Positions 60,063-64,000 of a DNA stretch of 64,000 nt are shown one piece after another. The translations under genes were made by a program, and so were the position numbers. The notes under the pieces are model-generated. The model was not told where the DNA came from. It searched no databases and saw only the letters and a program-made list of their open reading frames with translations. How positions within the stretch are numbered: position 1 is the first letter of the stretch; every line of letters starts with the position of its first letter. The stretch comes from Dehalococcoidia bacterium (GTDB taxonomy: Bacteria; Chloroflexota; Dehalococcoidia; Bin125), in assembly GCA_022822375.1 (NCBI GenBank), contig JAJEBU010000101.1, positions 5,234 to 69,233 on the forward strand, written 5' to 3'.

Positions 60063-60097
60063 CAACCCCCCGATGCTTGTGTCGTGCTGTGGTTCGG

Positions 60098-60871
60098 TCA
60101 GCCCTGTGTAAGGATTTCGGCCGGCGCGTCCTGGCGGAGCGCGACGGTGTGTTCGAAGTGCGCCGACAGGCTGCCGTCGGCGGTGACGACGGTCCAGCCA
60201 TCGTCGAGCACGGCGGTGGCTGGATCGCCAATGGTCGCCATAGGCTCCAGGGCGAGAACCATGCCGCGCCTCATCGTCATGCCGGTGCCGCGTCGACCGT
60301 GATTGGGCATAGTGGGCGGCTCGTGCATGGCGCGGCCGATTCCATGCCCGACATAGCCTCGGACGACGCCGTATCCCGCAGATTCTATCACTTCCTGGAT
60401 GGCTGCGCCGATATCGCCCTTGCGAACACCGATGCGGGCGACCGAGATTCCCGCCATAAGTGACTCGCGGGTGACATCCAGCAGGCGTTGCGCCTCGCTG
60501 GTGATGGTTCCGACGGCGAAGGTGCGGGCGGAATCGCCGACCCAGCCGTTGATCGTGGCACCGAGGTCGATGGAGATGATGTCGCCATCCTCGAGCCGCC
60601 GTTCGGTGGCGAAGCCGTGCACGATCTCCTCGTTGACCGATGCGCAGATCGTGTGCGGGAAGCCCTGGTACCCGAGGAAGGTGGGGGTGATATCGAGCCG
60701 CGCGTACTTGTCGATGACGTATTGGTCCAGATCCGACAGCTTGACGCCCGGCTTGAGCATCTCGCCGAGCTCGCTGAGCGTCTCGCCGACCATCCGGCCC
60801 GCGGGCCGCATCATGTCGATCTCGGCGTCGCTCTTCAGAATCACTTGCCGCGCTCGTTGCTCTGTCGTCAT
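60098..60871 (-). CDS. map: Type I methionine aminopeptidase
   Basis: '[11 protein letters not shown]' and 'EPMATIG' metal-ligand regions. 257 aa. Confidence 0.9.
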   Translation of the reverse strand: MTTEQRARQVILKSDAEIDMMRPAGRMVGETLSELGEMLKPGVKLSDLDQYVIDKYARLDITPTFLGYQGFPHTICASVNEEIVHGFATERRLEDGDIISIDLGATINGWVGDSARTFAVGTITSEAQRLLDVTRESLMAGISVARIGVRKGDIGAAIQEVIESAGYGVVRGYVGHGIGRAMHEPPTMPNHGRRGTGMTMRRGMVLALEPMATIGDPATAVLDDGWTVVTADGSLSAHFEHTVALRQDAPAEILTQG

Positions 60872-60885
60872 GGTCCGTTCTGACT

Positions 60886-61536
60886 CTAGCCGCTGACGGC
60901 CTCGAGGGCTGCCAGCAGTTCAGCGCCGACGGCGGCGGGAGGCTGCTCGCCGTTGACGGTCGAGAGTTTGCCTGCGTCGCGGTAGTAGGCAACCAGCGGC
61001 TCGGTCTGATCAGCGTAGACCTGCAGGCGGTTGGCGATCGCTTCGGGCTTGTCGTCGTCGCGCTGGATCATGTTGACAGTGTCGCAGCAGGGGCTGGACT
61101 CGTCAGGCGGGTTGAAGATGTTGTGGAAGACCGATCCGCAGGCGGCGCAGCTGACGCGTCCGCCCAGTCGGCGGGTGATCTCTTCGTTCGAGACATCGAT
61201 CAGGACGGTGACGGCAATTTCGTCGTTCTGGGCCGACAGCGCCTCGTCGAGCGCGCGCGCCTGCTCGACGGTGCGGGGAAAGCCGTCGAAGAGGCAGCCG
61301 GCCTGTGCGTCTGTGCGGCCGATGCGTTCCAGCAGCATGCGGATGGTGACGTCGTCGGGGACGAGTTCGCCACGGTCCATGTAGGTCTTGGCCAGGTTGC
61401 CGAGATCGGTGCCGTTGCGCAGGTGTTCGCGGAACATGTCACCGGTCGAGAGGTGCAGCAAGCCGGTGGCAGCAGCGGTCTGCACGGCCTGGGTGCCCTT
61501 GCCCGCGCCAGGCGGGCCGAGCAGGATGACATACAT
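60886..61536 (-). CDS. adk: Adenylate kinase (with zinc-ribbon lid)
   Basis: '[17 protein letters not shown]' P-loop and lid 'CAACGSVFH...PCCDTV'. ATG at 61536. The longer 357-aa ORF is a false extension. Confidence 0.9.
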   Translation of the reverse strand: MYVILLGPPGAGKGTQAVQTAAATGLLHLSTGDMFREHLRNGTDLGNLAKTYMDRGELVPDDVTIRMLLERIGRTDAQAGCLFDGFPRTVEQARALDEALSAQNDEIAVTVLIDVSNEEITRRLGGRVSCAACGSVFHNIFNPPDESSPCCDTVNMIQRDDDKPEAIANRLQVYADQTEPLVAYYRDAGKLSTVNGEQPPAAVGAELLAALEAVSG

Positions 61537-61559
61537 CGTGGCGTCTCTCTGGATCATGG

Positions 61560-63308
61560 TCAGCGGATGAACCCTTCGTAGTTGCGCATCAACAGCTGCG
61601 CTTCGATCTGGCGCATGGTGTCCAGCGCGACACCGACGACGATGAGCAGACCAGTTGATGAGATCGTGAGCGCGGTGGAGTCTGGGATGAACTCCGTCGC
61701 GAGGAACGGCACGACGGCGACGAAGCCGAGGAATAACGCGCCGGCCCAGGTGATTCTGGCCAGCACGCGGTTGATGTAGTCCTGCGTTGGCCGTCCCGGT
61801 CGGATGCCGGGGATGAAGCCACCTTGCTTCTGCAGGTTCTCGGCCAGGTTCTGCTGCTGGAAGGTGACGAAGGTGTAGAAGAAGGTGAATCCCACGACCA
61901 GCACAAACGACAGCGCCCAGTAGGCCGGACGGCCTGGCGACAGGTTCAACTGCACCCAATCGGCCGCGCGGATCACCCAGCCGGGCCGCTCGCCGAGCGT
62001 TTGGCCCTCTGCGATGTCGGGCGTGAGCGGGTTATCGACCGGGTCTTCGTGCGTCTTGATCTCTGAGATGGCGATGAAGTTGCCGTCGCGGTCTGCAAGA
62101 CGGATCGGGTCCTCGGATATCTCGTTGGCGTCGATCCGCCAAGCATAGATGGTGTCACCGGAGATCGGGTCGGAGGTGGTTTCGACCTGGGTCAGTACGT
62201 TGGAGTCGGAGTTGGAGTTGATTCGGTCGAGCAACGTCTGGAACGTGTCTTCCTCACGGTCCCACTCGATGACGCCTTCGTTGACGACGAACTCGCCCGT
62301 TGCGGAGAGATCGGGCAGGAGGACGGAGAGCGGCTCGTCCACATCGTCGCGCGTGAAGGGCAGTTCAACGGCGACCTGGGTCTGCGCTTCCTCGCCAGCG
62401 GCGCCGGTCACCCAGCCAGCCAGGACGGAGGGGAAGATGATGATCGAGAAGGCGAAGATCAAGGGGATCATGCCGGCCGAGTTCACGCGCAAGGGCACGT
62501 AGGACTGTCCGCTCTGGCGGTACATCCTCCCTCCGCGAAACACCGATCTTGCATATTGGACGGGAATGCGGCGCTGGGCCTCCTGGAAGAAGACGATCAT
62601 GGCGACGAGGGCGATGGCAATCGCGATCACGACCGCGATGCCCGACCAGCCGATGTCGGAGAGTCGGACGGAGTTGAACAGGGTCGGGAAGCTGGCGACG
62701 ATGCCGGCGAAGATGATCAGCGAGATACCGTTGCCGACGCCCTTTTCGGTGATCAGCTCGCCGAGCCAGATGAGGAACATGGTGCCGGCGGTCATGGTGA
62801 GCAGCGCGGAGATCGTGGGCAGCCACTCTTCGGCGCCGAAGCCGATGCCGGTGATGGCGCGGGCGTTCTCGAGCAGCAGCAACTGTCCGTAGCCCTGCAC
62901 CAGCGCCATCGGCACGGCCAGCCAGTATGTGTAGAGCTGGATGCGATTTCGGCCCGATTCACCCTCCTGCGCGAGCGCCTGCAGGCGCGGGATCATGGGC
63001 TGCATCAGGTTCATCACGATCGACGCGGTGATGTACGGATAGACGCCGAGGGCAACGATCGAGAGGTTGTCGAGTCCGCCGCCGGAAAACAGGTTGAGGA
63101 ACCCGAGCACGGGGTTGTTGTCCAGCGCGTTCTCGAGCTGGGTGCGGTTGATATCGGGGATCGGGACGTGAGCGACCAGGCGGAAGACGACCAGCATGGC
63201 CAGCGTGAAGGCGACCTTCTGGCGAACGTCTGGCTGTCGCCAGGCGTCGACCAACGCCTGCAGCAGCTTAGGCCTCGTCGGCGCGGCTGCTGTCTGCGTT
63301 CTCTGCAT
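61560..63308 (-). CDS. secY: Preprotein translocase subunit SecY carrying a ~150-aa insertion in the periplasmic loop between TM7 and TM8
   Basis: Conserved 'VAFTLAMLVVFRLVAHVPIPDIN' (TM1), 'FFYTFVTFQQQNLAENLQKQGGFIPGIRPGRPTQDYI' (TM8-C5). About 150 hydrophilic residues ('TGAAGEEAQTQ...NLSPGRPAYW') lie between TM7 and TM8. Start at 'MQRTQTAAAP' with GAGGTG ribosome-binding site. Confidence 0.85.
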   Translation of the reverse strand: MQRTQTAAAPTRPKLLQALVDAWRQPDVRQKVAFTLAMLVVFRLVAHVPIPDINRTQLENALDNNPVLGFLNLFSGGGLDNLSIVALGVYPYITASIVMNLMQPMIPRLQALAQEGESGRNRIQLYTYWLAVPMALVQGYGQLLLLENARAITGIGFGAEEWLPTISALLTMTAGTMFLIWLGELITEKGVGNGISLIIFAGIVASFPTLFNSVRLSDIGWSGIAVVIAIAIALVAMIVFFQEAQRRIPVQYARSVFRGGRMYRQSGQSYVPLRVNSAGMIPLIFAFSIIIFPSVLAGWVTGAAGEEAQTQVAVELPFTRDDVDEPLSVLLPDLSATGEFVVNEGVIEWDREEDTFQTLLDRINSNSDSNVLTQVETTSDPISGDTIYAWRIDANEISEDPIRLADRDGNFIAISEIKTHEDPVDNPLTPDIAEGQTLGERPGWVIRAADWVQLNLSPGRPAYWALSFVLVVGFTFFYTFVTFQQQNLAENLQKQGGFIPGIRPGRPTQDYINRVLARITWAGALFLGFVAVVPFLATEFIPDSTALTISSTGLLIVVGVALDTMRQIEAQLLMRNYEGFIR

Positions 63309-63759
63309 TGAGCACCTCGACGCTGCCGCCGGCGGCAACGATCTTCGCTTGTGCGGCTGGAGAGATTCGTTCGACGCGGACGGTCAGTGACGTGGAGATG
63401 TCGCCGCCCGCCAGGAGCTTGAACCGCTTGGACGCGCGTCGCAGCAGTCCGACGGCGACGAGCGCATCGGCATCGACGGTATCACCGTCGTTGAAGCGGC
63501 GGTCAAGGTCGACGACGTTGACGGCCTGCGTGTCGACGCGGAACGGCGCCGTGAAGCCCTTGCGTCGAGGCAGGGTGCGCATCATCGACATCGCGCCGCC
63601 CTCGAAGACGGAGTTGTAGTCGCGGCCGGAGCGGGAACGCTGGCCTTTGAGCCCGCGCCCTGAGTAGGTGCCCTTGCCCGACGCGTTGCCACGTCCGACG
63701 CGCTTGCGCTTCTTGCGCGAGCCGGCCGGCGGGCTGAGATCGTTCAATCGCAGAACCAT
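63268..63759 (-). CDS. rplO: 50S ribosomal protein L15
   Basis: 'GSRKKRKRVGRGNASGKGTYSGRGLKGQ' L15 signature. C-terminal about 13-aa extension overlaps the secY start. Confidence 0.95.
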   Translation of the reverse strand: MVLRLNDLSPPAGSRKKRKRVGRGNASGKGTYSGRGLKGQRSRSGRDYNSVFEGGAMSMMRTLPRRKGFTAPFRVDTQAVNVVDLDRRFNDGDTVDADALVAVGLLRRASKRFKLLAGGDISTSLTVRVERISPAAQAKIVAAGGSVEVLNAENADSSRADEA

Positions 63760-63956
63760 CAGTCGTCCTCGCCTTCCGCGGCGTCAGTCACCGTGACGAG
63801 GTGTTGGACCTTGTGCAACATCCCGCGCACGTCGGGCGTGTCTTCCTTGATCGTGCTCTGGCCCAGCTTACGCAGGCCCAGCGAACGAATGGTGTGTCCC
63901 TGATCTGAGCGATAGCCGATCGCGGACTTGACGTAGGTGATCTTGAGCGATGCCAT
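63759..63956 (-). CDS. rpmD: 50S ribosomal protein L30
   Basis: 'LKITYVKSAIGYRSDQGHTIRSLGLRKLGQS' L30 signature. 65 aa. Confidence 0.9.
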   Translation of the reverse strand: MASLKITYVKSAIGYRSDQGHTIRSLGLRKLGQSTIKEDTPDVRGMLHKVQHLVTVTDAAEGEDD

Positions 63957-63962
63957 GGCGCG

Positions 63963-64000
63963 CTACTCGCTCGTCCCGGCAGGAGCCGCGGCCTCTGCCT
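63963..64000 (-). CDS. rpsE: 30S ribosomal protein S5, 3' end only (truncated by window edge)
   Basis: Minus-strand frame ending '...AEAAAPAGTSE*' with TAG at 63963..63965, immediately upstream of rpmD as in the conserved spc operon order. Confidence 0.45.
   Translation of the reverse strand, partial: AEAAAPAGTSE

Overview
This 64 kb window is high-GC (about 68% by eye) bacterial chromosomal DNA that is densely coding. I support about 77 CDS and found no rRNA, tRNA, CRISPR array, IS element or integrase by inspection. A short tRNA cannot be fully excluded without a covariance search.

Main content, in order:
- 1..7.6 kb: a hopanoid core operon. It runs polyprenyl synthase, squalene-hopene cyclase (shc), hpnC, hpnD, hpnE. 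A GNAT acetyltransferase and a dodecin sit between shc and hpnC, and a RidA-family gene overlaps the hpnE stop.
- 7.6..12.2 kb: an ArfB-like GGQ protein, an NCS2 nucleobase permease fused to a GHKL (RsbW-like) domain, an alpha/beta hydrolase, and a tandem SRPBCC pair.
- 12.2..13.7 kb: coenzyme F420 genes cofE and fno.
- 13.8..17.0 kb: a NitT/TauT-type ABC transporter (ATPase, permease, orphan small ORF, substrate-binding protein).
- 17.1..22.9 kb: a polyferredoxin, a lipoprotein with PPC-like repeats, a cupin, an orphan GltD-like oxidoreductase, a SirB1-like protein and YjbQ.
- 22.9..27.4 kb: a MidA-like methyltransferase, a peroxiredoxin, an M20 peptidase, an IscU/SufU-like protein, an unknown protein and a MocA-like nucleotidyltransferase.
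- 27.5..36.7 kb: a second hopanoid block. It holds hpnH, then divergent VOC and enoyl-CoA hydratase genes, then hpnG and hpnA. Two tandem SDR paralogs and a DinB-like gene are translationally coupled downstream of hpnA. An acyl-CoA dehydrogenase and a geranylgeranyl-reductase-like flavoprotein follow.
- 36.7..41.4 kb: paralogous small membrane proteins, endonuclease III, an SMP-30-like protein and a D-aminoacylase.
- 41.4..42.9 kb: a lower-GC PD-(D/E)xK-like gene, followed by an SPL-like radical SAM gene whose start overlaps Cheo-like GAAC-N4-GTTC motifs.
- 42.9..49.0 kb: a serine hydrolase, an LLM oxidoreductase, thioredoxin, plsX, a lipoprotein and a SAM methyltransferase.
- 49.1..54.9 kb: a tightly coupled SAM-cycle salvage operon. 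It runs apt, mtnP, a PfkB kinase, a GNAT, ahcY, metK.
- 54.9..64.0 kb: the ribosomal/secY/rpoA cluster on the minus strand. SecY carries a roughly 150-residue insertion in a periplasmic loop, and infA has a basic N-terminal extension.

Many long antisense shadow ORFs are present and were rejected as artefacts of high GC. The strongest candidates for undescribed biology are the hpnG-hpnA-SDR-SDR-DinB module (candidates for the unidentified ribosylhopane-to-bacteriohopanetetrol reductase step), the SecY loop insertion, the NCS2-GHKL fusion permease, and the PD-(D/E)xK plus radical SAM pair.
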